Shown: piece after piece, positions 53,440 through 62,451 of the stretch
How positions within the stretch are numbered: position 1 is the stretch's first letter
Layout: the number at the start of each line of letters is the position of its first letter
Origin: a virus
Lineage: Duplodnaviria; Heunggongvirae; Uroviricota; Caudoviricetes
Strand: one strand, 5' to 3'
Length of the DNA: 64,000 nt
Virus record (IMG/VR): IMGVR_UViG_3300007511_000008
Notes under the pieces: model-generated
Databases searched by the model: none
What the model was told of the DNA's origin: nothing
Seen by the model: the letters and a program-made list of their open reading frames with translations, nothing else
Position numbers and translations under genes: made by a program

Positions 53440-53973
53440 CTATGTCTTCTTCGAGATCAAACGTCCCAGGGCAGCTCCCGCTGCTTCCCCGCCGGACCAT
53501 GTCGCCAGGGAGGGAAGGAATTTCATTCGTGCGCTCGCCAACCAGCCCAGGGAACCACCCAACATACGTCCGACGTGTTGGCCTTTCTGGCCCTTCTTCG
53601 CACGCGCAGCAGCACGAGCCGCTTCTAAAGCCTGTCCTACAAAGAAAATCCGTCCAAGGCTCGGAGCCGCAGCAGAAGGAACACCCTTCTTGTAAGCAAG
53701 CCGGGGAAACCACTTCCCCTTGCGAGTCGCAATCCCCTTGATTTCTTTCGAGGGACCCAAGGCTGTCCAACTCTTCTTTGCAGCCTCTCCGGGATTCTTG
53801 GCATATGCCCGCACTACCTGGGGTATGGTGTGCTGCTTGAGATTTCCGGGGAGTACCCTTTTACCATGATGCTTCGGCTTTCTGGAGTAGAATCCTTCGA
53901 ATTGCCCTCGAAAGGGGTTCCACCCAGCGTGCTTAGCGAGCAGCGATCTTGTTCGCGAGAGCGAGATGCTCAT
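53440..53973 (-). CDS. Basic hypothetical protein (177 aa from the internal MSISLS start).
   Basis: ATG at 53973 has AAGAGG 7-8 nt upstream. The longer 54048 start overlaps the upstream gene by 116 nt. Confidence 0.4.
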   Translation of the reverse strand: MSISLSRTRSLLAKHAGWNPFRGQFEGFYSRKPKHHGKRVLPGNLKQHTIPQVVRAYAKNPGEAAKKSWTALGPSKEIKGIATRKGKWFPRLAYKKGVPSAAAPSLGRIFFVGQALEAARAAARAKKGQKGQHVGRMLGGSLGWLASARMKFLPSLATWSGGEAAGAALGRLISKKT

Positions 53974-54565
53974 CTTGCAGCCTCTTATATTCAAGCAGGT
54001 AATTCTGCAAATCCCGGTGCCGAAGTACCTGCGCAGCGAGGACAGCATCCTTTGGCAAGGACCGGTCTGTCCCGTTCAAAATCTTTTCCATCTTATCATA
54101 TAAGTCCCGAGATACCACCTTCCGTATGCGTCTACCCAGGAAACGCAATTGCTTTGGTGGATTAGTGAAACCTTCTGCCAACAATATTCCACCGAGATAT
54201 TTTTCAACATCGGAGGAGTAAGGGTGCGCCCGCAGCTGCTGCATAACGTGCACCCCATGAGTAGCCGCAGCTACAGAAGGTTTTTGTAAAACACCGAATT
54301 GTGGTGCTACAAAACTAAAAGGAAGTACTACCTTCTCGAATACATACCAATCATCATAAGGTGCCTTGCTGGTATGTACTGTCCTACATGCATTGATCTT
54401 CGATTTATTGAGTAAGCTTGGTTCCTGAGAAAAGCGGGAGCGCAGTTCCTGCCAAATAGTTTCAGGCTCCCACCCAAGATACTCAGGCCCAAATTCCCGA
54501 AGACAGAGGACATGTAGGGCGATTGGGTGTGTTAGCGGAGACGTAAGGAAAGTAGCCGAGTTCAT
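53933..54565 (-). CDS. Hypothetical protein (210 aa).
   Basis: Clean ORF. Confidence 0.45.
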   Translation of the reverse strand: MNSATFLTSPLTHPIALHVLCLREFGPEYLGWEPETIWQELRSRFSQEPSLLNKSKINACRTVHTSKAPYDDWYVFEKVVLPFSFVAPQFGVLQKPSVAAATHGVHVMQQLRAHPYSSDVEKYLGGILLAEGFTNPPKQLRFLGRRIRKVVSRDLYDKMEKILNGTDRSLPKDAVLAAQVLRHRDLQNYLLEYKRLQDEHLALANKIAAR

Positions 54566-54568
54566 GCA

Positions 54569-55507
54569 TTAACACTTCTTCGCTATTTTTGCGAGCGAGA
54601 CCTGGGTGTCTTTGGGAAGGCTGTTGAATACCGCAACAGGAGCTTCCTTGAACTGGTTTACAAACGAAGCCGGGAACTGCTCTGCGAAAGCATCAGAACC
54701 CGCCAACTTTTCGATATCGAGATCGGTAACTACGAGGGACCCGAGATGGAACACCTTACTGGCAACCTTAGCTATCTCAGCCAGCTTTTCCACACCCTGA
54801 GCACCGAACACGGTAGTTACCGGATCGGGGATACCGCTCCCCCAATGCTGGAACATGCCGCTCTCCTGGTCCAGGTGATTGACAAAGGCAAGAAGGGCCG
54901 GTGGGGACATCGCGATCTTCTCAAGCTGCTCAAAAGCCCACTCGCGTGTATGCGTATCCATATAAGGACCGCGCATCTGCATACCGCGGGCGAAGGAGTC
55001 GGGGTCTACCGGGGTGGTAGCCGCTACCTTCTCCAGAGGAGCATCGAAGTCTGCTTCTACCTCTTCTTCGTACCCACTGTATGCTTCTTCTTCCCGCTGC
55101 TGCTGAATCGCATGGGCAACCTTCTCGAAGCCCTCGGGGGCGGCTGCCCTTACATCTTCCCCCGCCGCCAGCTGGTGGAGTTCTTCGGGAGCCCGCAGAC
55201 CGTATGTCTCGCAAGCATCCTCCAGGCGACGAGCAGCCAGTTTGCGCAGAGGCTCGGGAAGATTGTGGCCGGTACGAGTGAAGTACATCGTACTCAACCA
55301 GACATTTCCGCGGTCCACCATGGCGAACTTACGCATGGAATGCATCCCATCAGCGTAGGTCAGTGCCCAGTGATCTGAAGGAAGTTCTTCCGTAGGAGCC
55401 TGAGCTTCTTTTACAAAAGGTGGCAAGACTTCGGGGTTGGGGAACAGTTCCCGTACAAGTGCGCCACCATCATCAGTTAGATCGTAACAAGCAAAACGCC
55501 AATCCAT
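54569..55507 (-). CDS. Hypothetical acidic protein (312 aa), the first gene of the minus-strand block.
   Basis: Clean ORF 3 nt upstream of the next gene. Acidic, no motifs. Confidence 0.45.
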   Translation of the reverse strand: MDWRFACYDLTDDGGALVRELFPNPEVLPPFVKEAQAPTEELPSDHWALTYADGMHSMRKFAMVDRGNVWLSTMYFTRTGHNLPEPLRKLAARRLEDACETYGLRAPEELHQLAAGEDVRAAAPEGFEKVAHAIQQQREEEAYSGYEEEVEADFDAPLEKVAATTPVDPDSFARGMQMRGPYMDTHTREWAFEQLEKIAMSPPALLAFVNHLDQESGMFQHWGSGIPDPVTTVFGAQGVEKLAEIAKVASKVFHLGSLVVTDLDIEKLAGSDAFAEQFPASFVNQFKEAPVAVFNSLPKDTQVSLAKIAKKC

Positions 55508-55650
55508 AGGTTTCCTCCCAGCAGATACCGTAACAATACTATTTGTGTGCCCGTTCCTCTGTCAAGCAGGATGTTGCCCCGGAAAGCATTGAAGGAAGCT
55601 GTTATAAGACGTGTGCGAAAACTACCCCTAACAAAAGAGGAGGCCAAGCG
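55508..55650. promoter_or_regulatory. Divergent intergenic region between the minus-strand block and the plus-strand replication block. Putative bidirectional promoter region.
   Basis: 143 nt of non-coding sequence separates the diverging gene starts. A TTATAA hexamer lies at ~55604. No confident -35/-10 pair could be assigned. Confidence 0.25.
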
Positions 55651-55818
55651 ATGGCCAAAAAAGAAAGTGTTATTCGTGTTGCGCTGGCAGCGCTCGAAGG
55701 AGGATTGAAGGAGGTAAAGAAAATACTTGAAACTCCAGAGGAACCGGGTGATACTGAAGAACAGCCCGAAACGGGCACTGTGCAAAGTATGAGTGAAGAG
55801 GACGGAGAGAGTGAGTAA
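55651..55818 (+). CDS. Small acidic protein (55 aa).
   Basis: ATG has GAGGAGG 7 nt upstream. 'MAKKESVIRVALAALEGGLKEVKKILETPEEPGDTEEQPETGTVQSMSEEDGESE'. The track's longer 55543 start is less likely. Confidence 0.35.
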   Translation: MAKKESVIRVALAALEGGLKEVKKILETPEEPGDTEEQPETGTVQSMSEEDGESE

Positions 55819-57172
55819 GTTCCCGGAAAACCTGGGCCCGGGCGGGGTAGACCCCTCAACTACGTATCGAAGTGGCATGCTTTGGCTACCAAAGACCAAG
55901 GTGAATGTTACGGCGATTCGTTCTGCCTGCACCATCCTGGGAGTTGATGACCGAACGAAGAAGGAATATTCCATTTCTATGTATGAGGAGACTGACGACC
56001 ATATCCTCGTGCCGAGGGAGCTATTCCCCTACGAACGGTTACCCACACCAGTGATAGACTTGGTTGTCGAGGGAACCAGTTACCCCTTCCTGGATCAGAT
56101 CGCACTCCGGAGTAACCAGGGTAAGGCCTGGGAAGACCTGTACTTTGCTCGTGGCGGAGTCCTAAACCTGGGCTGCGGCAAAGGAAAGACCGTCTTAGCG
56201 TTGAAGAAGATCGCTGCGGTGGGCCGCGCAGCAATTGTCATCATCCCGAATACCGGGCTGATGGAGCAGTGGAGAAAAGAAGCGGAGACACACCTGTGGT
56301 TAGCCCCCAAAGAGATCGGGATCATCCAGCAGGACCGCTTCGAGTGGGACCGGCCCTTTGTAATTGCCTCCTTGCAGACTTTAGCAAGGCGAGCGCGGGA
56401 TGGACAAATCCCGGACGGAATCAGAACCCACTTTGGCCTGGCTGTATGGGACGAGGTACACCACCTTTCAGCACCGCTGTTTTCTCAGACAGCCCCACTA
56501 TTCTTGGGCCGCAGACTCGGATTATCCGCAACACCAAAGCGGAGTGATGGGTTAGAGGTCATCTACCTCGCCCATCTCGGAGGAATATTCCATTCAGATA
56601 TTTCTCATGAGATTACACCTCGCATCTACTTCCACAAGTTGGATACCCAGCTAAGTATGTTTGATGAGCGGATCTTGGATAAGATCGGCAACTTCAATGT
56701 AGGAAAATTCTGGCGTACCCTTGGGGAAGACCTTTCCAGAAATAAGGCAATCATTGCACAGATCCAGCAGGCCCAGGGGAACGGCCGAAAGATTCTTGCT
56801 CTGAGCCACTCAAAAGCACACGTCGAGTTACTGAATCAGGCGGTACCCTACTCCGGGCTTATCGACGGAGAAGTACCACAAAACGAACGACAGAGTATCC
56901 TGAAACGAAACAAGGTAGTTTTCGCAACTACACAGGTAGCTCAAGAAGGGTTAGACGCCCCGATGCTCGACACCGTGTTTTTCTTGACCCCATTCAAGGA
57001 GTGGAATATTGTCCAGCAAGGCGTTGGACGTGCCTTACGATCCCATGACGATAAGCGGCACCCGGTCGCAGTATTCTTCTGGGATTACCAGGTTCCCGCG
57101 GCAAATGCTATGTGTAGAACATTGATGAGAGAAATGAGGAATCGTGGCTGGCAATTCAAAGTCACCGAGTAG
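55793..57172 (+). CDS. SF2 DExH-box helicase (UvsW/Res-subunit-like).
   Basis: Motif I is 'NLGCGKGKTVLAL'. Motif II is 'AVWDEVHHL'. Motif III is 'GLSATPKR'. Motif VI-like is 'QGVGRALRS'. Confidence 0.65.
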   Translation: MKRTERVSKFPENLGPGGVDPSTTYRSGMLWLPKTKVNVTAIRSACTILGVDDRTKKEYSISMYEETDDHILVPRELFPYERLPTPVIDLVVEGTSYPFLDQIALRSNQGKAWEDLYFARGGVLNLGCGKGKTVLALKKIAAVGRAAIVIIPNTGLMEQWRKEAETHLWLAPKEIGIIQQDRFEWDRPFVIASLQTLARRARDGQIPDGIRTHFGLAVWDEVHHLSAPLFSQTAPLFLGRRLGLSATPKRSDGLEVIYLAHLGGIFHSDISHEITPRIYFHKLDTQLSMFDERILDKIGNFNVGKFWRTLGEDLSRNKAIIAQIQQAQGNGRKILALSHSKAHVELLNQAVPYSGLIDGEVPQNERQSILKRNKVVFATTQVAQEGLDAPMLDTVFFLTPFKEWNIVQQGVGRALRSHDDKRHPVAVFFWDYQVPAANAMCRTLMREMRNRGWQFKVTE

Positions 57173-57902
57173 TCCAATGGAAAAGACTGCTCACGAGAGT
57201 GCACTTACGGAGCTCTGCTCCGCATGGATGGATTGTAAGGCGTGTTCTTTGTATGCCGATCGGTACCGCCTGGTACCGGGGCAGGGGCCTGTTCCCGCAG
57301 ACGTAGCTATTGTGGGAGGAGCCCCGGATCGCCACGAAGATGAAGAAGGTAAACCATTTGTAGGAGCTTCAGGGGAACTTCTGGACCTCCTCCTCGACAC
57401 AGCCGGCTTCAGCCGGAAGGAGGTATTTCTCACAAACGCAGTAGCGTGTATGACACCGAACAGCCAAATTCCTTCACGAAAACAGTTGAAGGCATGTAAG
57501 CCACGCTTGATGGATGAGTTACGTATAGCGGATCCGCTACTTATCATTACGATGGGTGAGGTCGCTACTACAGCTTTGTTCGGGAAAAGCGTGCTGATGT
57601 ACGAGGTAGCCGGGAAATTCCGCACAATGGACCTCCAGGGACGGTATGGTAAGTGGCGCACTACGGTGCTCCCGACATACCACCCTGCGTACATCCTACG
57701 ACAAGGGGGCGCATCGCAGGATGAAGCCGCCAAAGAAACGTTCGGACACATTTGTTCCGCAGTGGAGTCACTGCAAAAGTATGAGATGCTACGGAGGAAA
57801 GCGTATGGCAACACGAATGCAGAAAGCCGCGGAGGGGGCTACCTCGAGGCGGCGGAGAACCCAGAAGTTCAACCAACTGAAGACAGTTACCCAGAAGCTT
57901 GA
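57144..57902 (+). CDS. Uracil-DNA glycosylase, family 4-like (with an N-terminal Cys cluster).
   Basis: 'CSAWMDCKACSLY' is Fe-S-type Cys. 'VAIVGGAPDRHEDEEGKPFVGASGELLDLLL' matches the family-4 'GE[AG]PGxxEDxxGxPFVGxAGxLL', but with GGAPD replacing GEGPG. 'PTYHPAYILRQG' matches motif B 'HPSxxLR'. Confidence 0.6.
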   Translation: MAGNSKSPSSPMEKTAHESALTELCSAWMDCKACSLYADRYRLVPGQGPVPADVAIVGGAPDRHEDEEGKPFVGASGELLDLLLDTAGFSRKEVFLTNAVACMTPNSQIPSRKQLKACKPRLMDELRIADPLLIITMGEVATTALFGKSVLMYEVAGKFRTMDLQGRYGKWRTTVLPTYHPAYILRQGGASQDEAAKETFGHICSAVESLQKYEMLRRKAYGNTNAESRGGGYLEAAENPEVQPTEDSYPEA

Positions 57903-58263
57903 AGCCTTCAGGGCCCAGCACGCTGCGGTCCTTGAAGAGCTCGGGGAATTGGCGAAGGAGTACAACGCCGCCCTCTCCGACGTTGAGAAGCACCTGAGGG
58001 CCAACCCAGAAAAGATTCACATTGGGGCTTTCAAGTCATACTTCAAGCGGAGTACACCCCAAATCGATTTCACCCAGATCATCCTCAATGCACCCGGGAT
58101 TCTCACCGAACCGGGAGTAGTTACCAGGATTGATGTGGACCAGGCGCAAATTGCAGCAGAGCGGCTCAAATGCGAAGATGAGCTCAAAGCCGCAGTAACC
58201 GAGACGGAGACCATGGCTCTGTCGAAACCAAAAGCACTCCAGTTGGAGTGGACGCGGGAGTAG
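57805..58263 (+). CDS. Hypothetical protein (152 aa from the internal ATG).
   Basis: ATG 57805 has GGAGG 8 nt upstream. The longer 57646 start would overlap the UDG gene by 257 nt. Confidence 0.4.
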   Translation: MATRMQKAAEGATSRRRRTQKFNQLKTVTQKLEAFRAQHAAVLEELGELAKEYNAALSDVEKHLRANPEKIHIGAFKSYFKRSTPQIDFTQIILNAPGILTEPGVVTRIDVDQAQIAAERLKCEDELKAAVTETETMALSKPKALQLEWTRE

Positions 58264-58266
58264 CCC

Positions 58267-58638
58267 ATGTCAGAGAAAGTGCAGTTCGCTGCTACCGTAT
58301 CTTCTAAAACAGAGCCCGATCTGTGGGCGCAGTGGCGCAAGAAGTACAACAACACCCTAACTGACTTCTCCGCAGGAGAGGCCAGGGTGGAGGAATCCGT
58401 GCTCTACAGGGAAACGCATAAACTGATTGTCCCGATCGCCGGCGGCGCTCGAGAACAGTTTGTCTCCCTCGAGTTTTCCTCCAAGGTTGGGCTGAATGCG
58501 CCACACACCGCAGACGGCGTACTCCAGGGGCAGTCGCTGGCAAGGGAGCTGGCGATGCATACACAGTTCGAGTGGATCGACGTAGCAAGGAAAGAGCTGC
58601 TCGACTTCGCTCGAGATCGACTCAAGAAGGGAAGCTAA
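58267..58638 (+). CDS. Hypothetical protein (123 aa).
   Basis: Clean ORF. Confidence 0.4.
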   Translation: MSEKVQFAATVSSKTEPDLWAQWRKKYNNTLTDFSAGEARVEESVLYRETHKLIVPIAGGAREQFVSLEFSSKVGLNAPHTADGVLQGQSLARELAMHTQFEWIDVARKELLDFARDRLKKGS

Positions 58639-58949
58639 TGAAAACTGGCTTGGTGTCGAACCTATCAAAAGTCTTCCTGATGAGCCTCCAAATGGATATG
58701 GACCCGAAGCGGCAAGCATCGGGTCGTATCCGTCTTGGTTTGCTCGGGCCGGACGACTTCTTGGTCCCCGTTGAGTTTCCCCTGCCACCGGAGCTGTCCA
58801 CCGCTATCAATGCCTTTGTGGATGAGGTAGAGGAATGGGCAGCCCGGCAACACGTTCTGTTCTCCGCAACCCAGAAGAATAATACGGTGGTGTCTGAGTT
58901 CGATGATTCTCCACCAAAGAATCTTCTGGTAACTGAGGAGGATTCGTAA
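58638..58949 (+). CDS. Hypothetical protein (103 aa).
   Basis: Start in a TAATG overlap with the upstream stop. The longer 58572 start is unlikely. Confidence 0.4.
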   Translation: MKTGLVSNLSKVFLMSLQMDMDPKRQASGRIRLGLLGPDDFLVPVEFPLPPELSTAINAFVDEVEEWAARQHVLFSATQKNNTVVSEFDDSPPKNLLVTEEDS

Positions 58950-58950
58950 C

Positions 58951-60378
58951 GTGAGCGCCTGGGGACTCCAACTGGTAACTGCAATTGTGGAATCGCCTGA
59001 TCCGCGGGCGGCATTTTTGCATATACTGGAGGACCAAAAGATAACGCCACAGCATTTCCTAAATGCAGAAGCCCGGGGAGCCTATGAGTTCATCAACTAT
59101 TGGTTCCACCGACCTACTGAGTTTGGGCATGTTCCGTCTCGGCAACGCTTAGAAGAGCAGTTCCCGCAAATGACTTTCCCGCCCGCCCAAGAGCCCCTCA
59201 AGGATTTTGGGAAGACAGTGCGGCAAGAATTACTTAGCCGGCAGCTACAGGCTATACGGGAGGAATTCAAGGTACAGTTGCAGGAAGCAGAGCCGGAAGA
59301 AGCACTTAATTTCCTCAGAGACCGCATTGGACACCTCGATGAACAGCATGTGGTGGACAACGATGTAGACTTTAGCACCTCCGGCCCCCAGATTGTCGCA
59401 GATTATCTGAAACAAATAACGACATCTGGTGGGCTCTTGGGTATCCCGTGGCCCTGGGATCAGCTGAATGAGGCCACACAGGGGATGCAGAAGGAAGATT
59501 TGATTGTCTTCTTCGGACTACCGAAGAGCATGAAGACCTGGCTGGTGCTGTACCTGACCATACACCTCATAGAGCACAACTATAAGGTCTTGGTATTCTC
59601 TCGGGAGATGAGTGCGACTACCATGTCACTCCGGTGTGCATCGGTGATGGCCAAACTCAACTACTCGCGGCTTAGAGCCGGTAACCTCTCTTTAGAGGAG
59701 TATACCGACCTCGCCTGCGCAATGGATCGCTTGGAAAAGAAAATTGGGAGCGGTAAGCTGATGTTTACCCGCGCCTCGAAGGCCGATGGAAGTCCCGGTG
59801 GTGTCTCTGATATCCAACGGAAAGTCCAGCGGTATCGTCCCGATCTTGTAGTTCTTGATAGCGCGTATATGATGACGAATGACCGTGCAGGCGGTCATTC
59901 CCTAAAATGGGGCGACCTTGCAGCCATCTCACAGGATGTAAAACAGATGGCTACAACAGCTGGTGTGCCCACTATCATGATCTGGCAAGAGAACGAATCT
60001 AAGGCCATGAAGTTCAAAGGGTCTGGGGCTCGTGGGACTGCTTCTTTGGCCATGGCGTCGCAGCTGGTGTATTACTGCGATATGGCCATACGATGTGTTT
60101 TGCAGGAGGAGAAGCAAGAACTCTCCCTGCACTTAGCAGCAACTCGTGAATTCAAACACCCGGGATTCACAATCCACGCTAAACCGGGGCACAACTTCTC
60201 GTTCATCTCCTATGACCTACATGATGTAGCGGAGAAGAGCACGGGAGATCCCGGCACAGCAGCACATGTTCCAAAGGACCAACTTGCAGCTCTATCCGCA
60301 GCAACGCACCTGCTAAGCACCGCGGAAACCGAGCATTGCCTAAACCCGAATACGGAGGGAGGCGATGCTGGTACGTAG
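58951..60378 (+). CDS. DnaB-like replicative helicase.
   Basis: The RecA-like C-terminal domain has Walker A 'FFGLPKSMKTWLVL' and Walker B-like 'DLVVLDSAYMM'. 'TIMIWQENES' is the helicase motif H3/H4-like region. An N-terminal helical domain is present. Confidence 0.75.
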   Translation: MSAWGLQLVTAIVESPDPRAAFLHILEDQKITPQHFLNAEARGAYEFINYWFHRPTEFGHVPSRQRLEEQFPQMTFPPAQEPLKDFGKTVRQELLSRQLQAIREEFKVQLQEAEPEEALNFLRDRIGHLDEQHVVDNDVDFSTSGPQIVADYLKQITTSGGLLGIPWPWDQLNEATQGMQKEDLIVFFGLPKSMKTWLVLYLTIHLIEHNYKVLVFSREMSATTMSLRCASVMAKLNYSRLRAGNLSLEEYTDLACAMDRLEKKIGSGKLMFTRASKADGSPGGVSDIQRKVQRYRPDLVVLDSAYMMTNDRAGGHSLKWGDLAAISQDVKQMATTAGVPTIMIWQENESKAMKFKGSGARGTASLAMASQLVYYCDMAIRCVLQEEKQELSLHLAATREFKHPGFTIHAKPGHNFSFISYDLHDVAEKSTGDPGTAAHVPKDQLAALSAATHLLSTAETEHCLNPNTEGGDAGT

Positions 60379-61414
60379 TGAGATAGTTGCGATGCTTGAG
60401 CATAAGTTACGCATTATAGACCACACCGGTGAGAACCTGGCGTGTATCTGCCCATTCCATAAGGGTGGGCGAGAAAGCAGGCCATCGTTCTACGTCTATG
60501 TTGGTCCTGTCTATGGAACCAAGGTTCCGGGGATGGCCTTCTGCCACACCTGTAATCGCGGTTGGTCTTTGAAGGGTCTGCTGAAAGACCTTGGCACCCC
60601 TTTGAAGAGAATCGATGCCCTCACCAAGGATATCCCTACTGTGGGGGAGCGCATCACACCGATCCGGTATGCAAAGGGGCTCACCTTCGATAATCCGGTT
60701 CTACCTGAAGGTCTGCTGGGGGTATATGATAGCTGCCCGGTGGATCTCCTGGATGCCGGGTTTGAGATGAGCATCTTGCGCAAATACGAGATCGGGTTCG
60801 ATCCGTTCCTCGACCGCATCACTTTCCCGTTGCGGGACCACAAAGGCAATCTCATTGGAATATCCGGCCGCTCAGTAGCGAAGTTCCCGAAGTACAGATA
60901 CCACTTGTACCGGGGGGATGACCTGCGAAAGGCCGGAGACGACGACAAAGAGTTGGCGCGGGCCTGTTCCGGGTATAAGCTATTCAAAGGACGGTTCCTT
61001 TGGAACCTCCACTCGATGTACACAACAGCTATCATGGGATCTATCCCGTACGTTATTGTTGTAGAAGGGTTCAAGCAGGCCATGTGGCTCGCCCAGGCTG
61101 GGTGGGACTACACAGTTGCATTGATGGGTTCGCATATGTCTCGGGAACAGGCGACTCTTCTGATGCGGCTGGGGGCACCTGTCTACATCTTTCTCGACAA
61201 TGATGCTGCGGGGCAGCAGTCAGCACCGAAGCTGGTGAAGTGGTTGCGCCGGCAAAGTCCTGACATCTACCAAGTAACGTACCCTGTGGGTACTGAGGAT
61301 CTCTCCCCGGATGACTTCCGGCCGGAGGATCTATCGTCAATCCTAACAATAGTGGGGCAACAGAATGGACAAGTTGCAAGCATTCACCAAGAAGTTCAAC
61401 AAACAGAAGGCTAA
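60365..61414 (+). CDS. DnaG-type DNA primase (zinc-binding domain plus TOPRIM).
   Basis: Zn ribbon 'CICPFHKGGRESRPSFYVYV...AFCHTCNRGWS' (CxxH...CxxC). TOPRIM 'YVIVVEGFKQAMWLAQAG...ALMGSHMS...IFLDNDAAGQQ'. Confidence 0.75.
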   Translation: MLVRSEIVAMLEHKLRIIDHTGENLACICPFHKGGRESRPSFYVYVGPVYGTKVPGMAFCHTCNRGWSLKGLLKDLGTPLKRIDALTKDIPTVGERITPIRYAKGLTFDNPVLPEGLLGVYDSCPVDLLDAGFEMSILRKYEIGFDPFLDRITFPLRDHKGNLIGISGRSVAKFPKYRYHLYRGDDLRKAGDDDKELARACSGYKLFKGRFLWNLHSMYTTAIMGSIPYVIVVEGFKQAMWLAQAGWDYTVALMGSHMSREQATLLMRLGAPVYIFLDNDAAGQQSAPKLVKWLRRQSPDIYQVTYPVGTEDLSPDDFRPEDLSSILTIVGQQNGQVASIHQEVQQTEG

Positions 61415-62447
61415 GCAGCCGAAAGGTGGGGGCGGTGATCGCAAGGCCCCGGCTTGGGCCCAAAGAAGAAAGGCGATCCGCATGGGACCCACTCCCGTCT
61501 GGGTGTGGCTCTATCCCGGGGAGTATGAGGATGGGATGCCCTTGTATGAGTACTGGGCAACCTGGCTGAAAAGAGATGGTAGAAATCGTTTCATCCTCTG
61601 CAACTGTCACGGAGGGCAGAGGGAGGGGGCGAAATGTCTCCTGTGCCATAAGATGCAGGAAGAAGAGAACGATCATTACATTCCGAAACCGAGAGTGGCG
61701 ATCAATGCAATCGAGCTTGCGGACTTCCACAAGATCGAGAAGAAGAGTGAGAAGGGCACCGTTTGGTACGAATACGAACGTTGTGCCGGTACCGACGCAC
61801 TCGGCCGGAATTTGTGTAAATATTGCGATGCGAAGATCGAGACCGTCTACGGTCGCCGCGGGTTTTTGAACCTTGGAAAGGGCTACTGGAACAACTTCCA
61901 GAAAGTCATGGAAGAGGCCCGTAAGATCTGCAAGACCTGTGGTGGGAGCCTTCATCTGCTTCGGTATGTGTGTGCTGAGTGCGACGAGGTATTCCTCGAC
62001 CCGGCAAAGAGCACCGTTACCGAGGAACAGCGGCAGGAGATGGAAACCAAGGATACCGTATGCCCGATGTGCGTACACAAGGGCCCGGCCAAAAAGGTCG
62101 TCGGTTGTTTCAAGAAGGACGAGGATACGGATAAGTTCGTGAAGGGTTGTGATACACCCATCCCCTCCGACATCTTCGACTTCCCACTCCTCCTTTCCAT
62201 TGAAGGTGAAGGACCCGGCAGCACACTGACTTGCGACGTCCAGCAGATGGAACCGCAGGAAATGCCGGATGAGGTCCAGGCCATGATGGTGCCTTACGAC
62301 TTCGAGTCCTTCTTCGGAGAGATGCCTGTTACCGAGCAGGCAAACATCATGGGCGTAAATGAAGTTCCCAAGCATCTGCTTGCGGAATCTGAAGGTGGGG
62401 ACGCTTCCGCCGAGCCGAGTAAGCCCAAGACCATCAACTACGAGTAG
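61365..62447 (+). CDS. Multi-zinc-ribbon protein (360 aa) of unknown function in the replication module.
   Basis: Five or six CxxC pairs are present: 'CNCHGG...CLLCHK', 'CKYCD', 'CKTCGG...CAECDE', 'CPMCVH', 'GCFKK...GCD'. The C-terminus is acidic. Confidence 0.45.
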   Translation: MDKLQAFTKKFNKQKAKQPKGGGGDRKAPAWAQRRKAIRMGPTPVWVWLYPGEYEDGMPLYEYWATWLKRDGRNRFILCNCHGGQREGAKCLLCHKMQEEENDHYIPKPRVAINAIELADFHKIEKKSEKGTVWYEYERCAGTDALGRNLCKYCDAKIETVYGRRGFLNLGKGYWNNFQKVMEEARKICKTCGGSLHLLRYVCAECDEVFLDPAKSTVTEEQRQEMETKDTVCPMCVHKGPAKKVVGCFKKDEDTDKFVKGCDTPIPSDIFDFPLLLSIEGEGPGSTLTCDVQQMEPQEMPDEVQAMMVPYDFESFFGEMPVTEQANIMGVNEVPKHLLAESEGGDASAEPSKPKTINYE

Positions 62448-62451
62448 AGCT

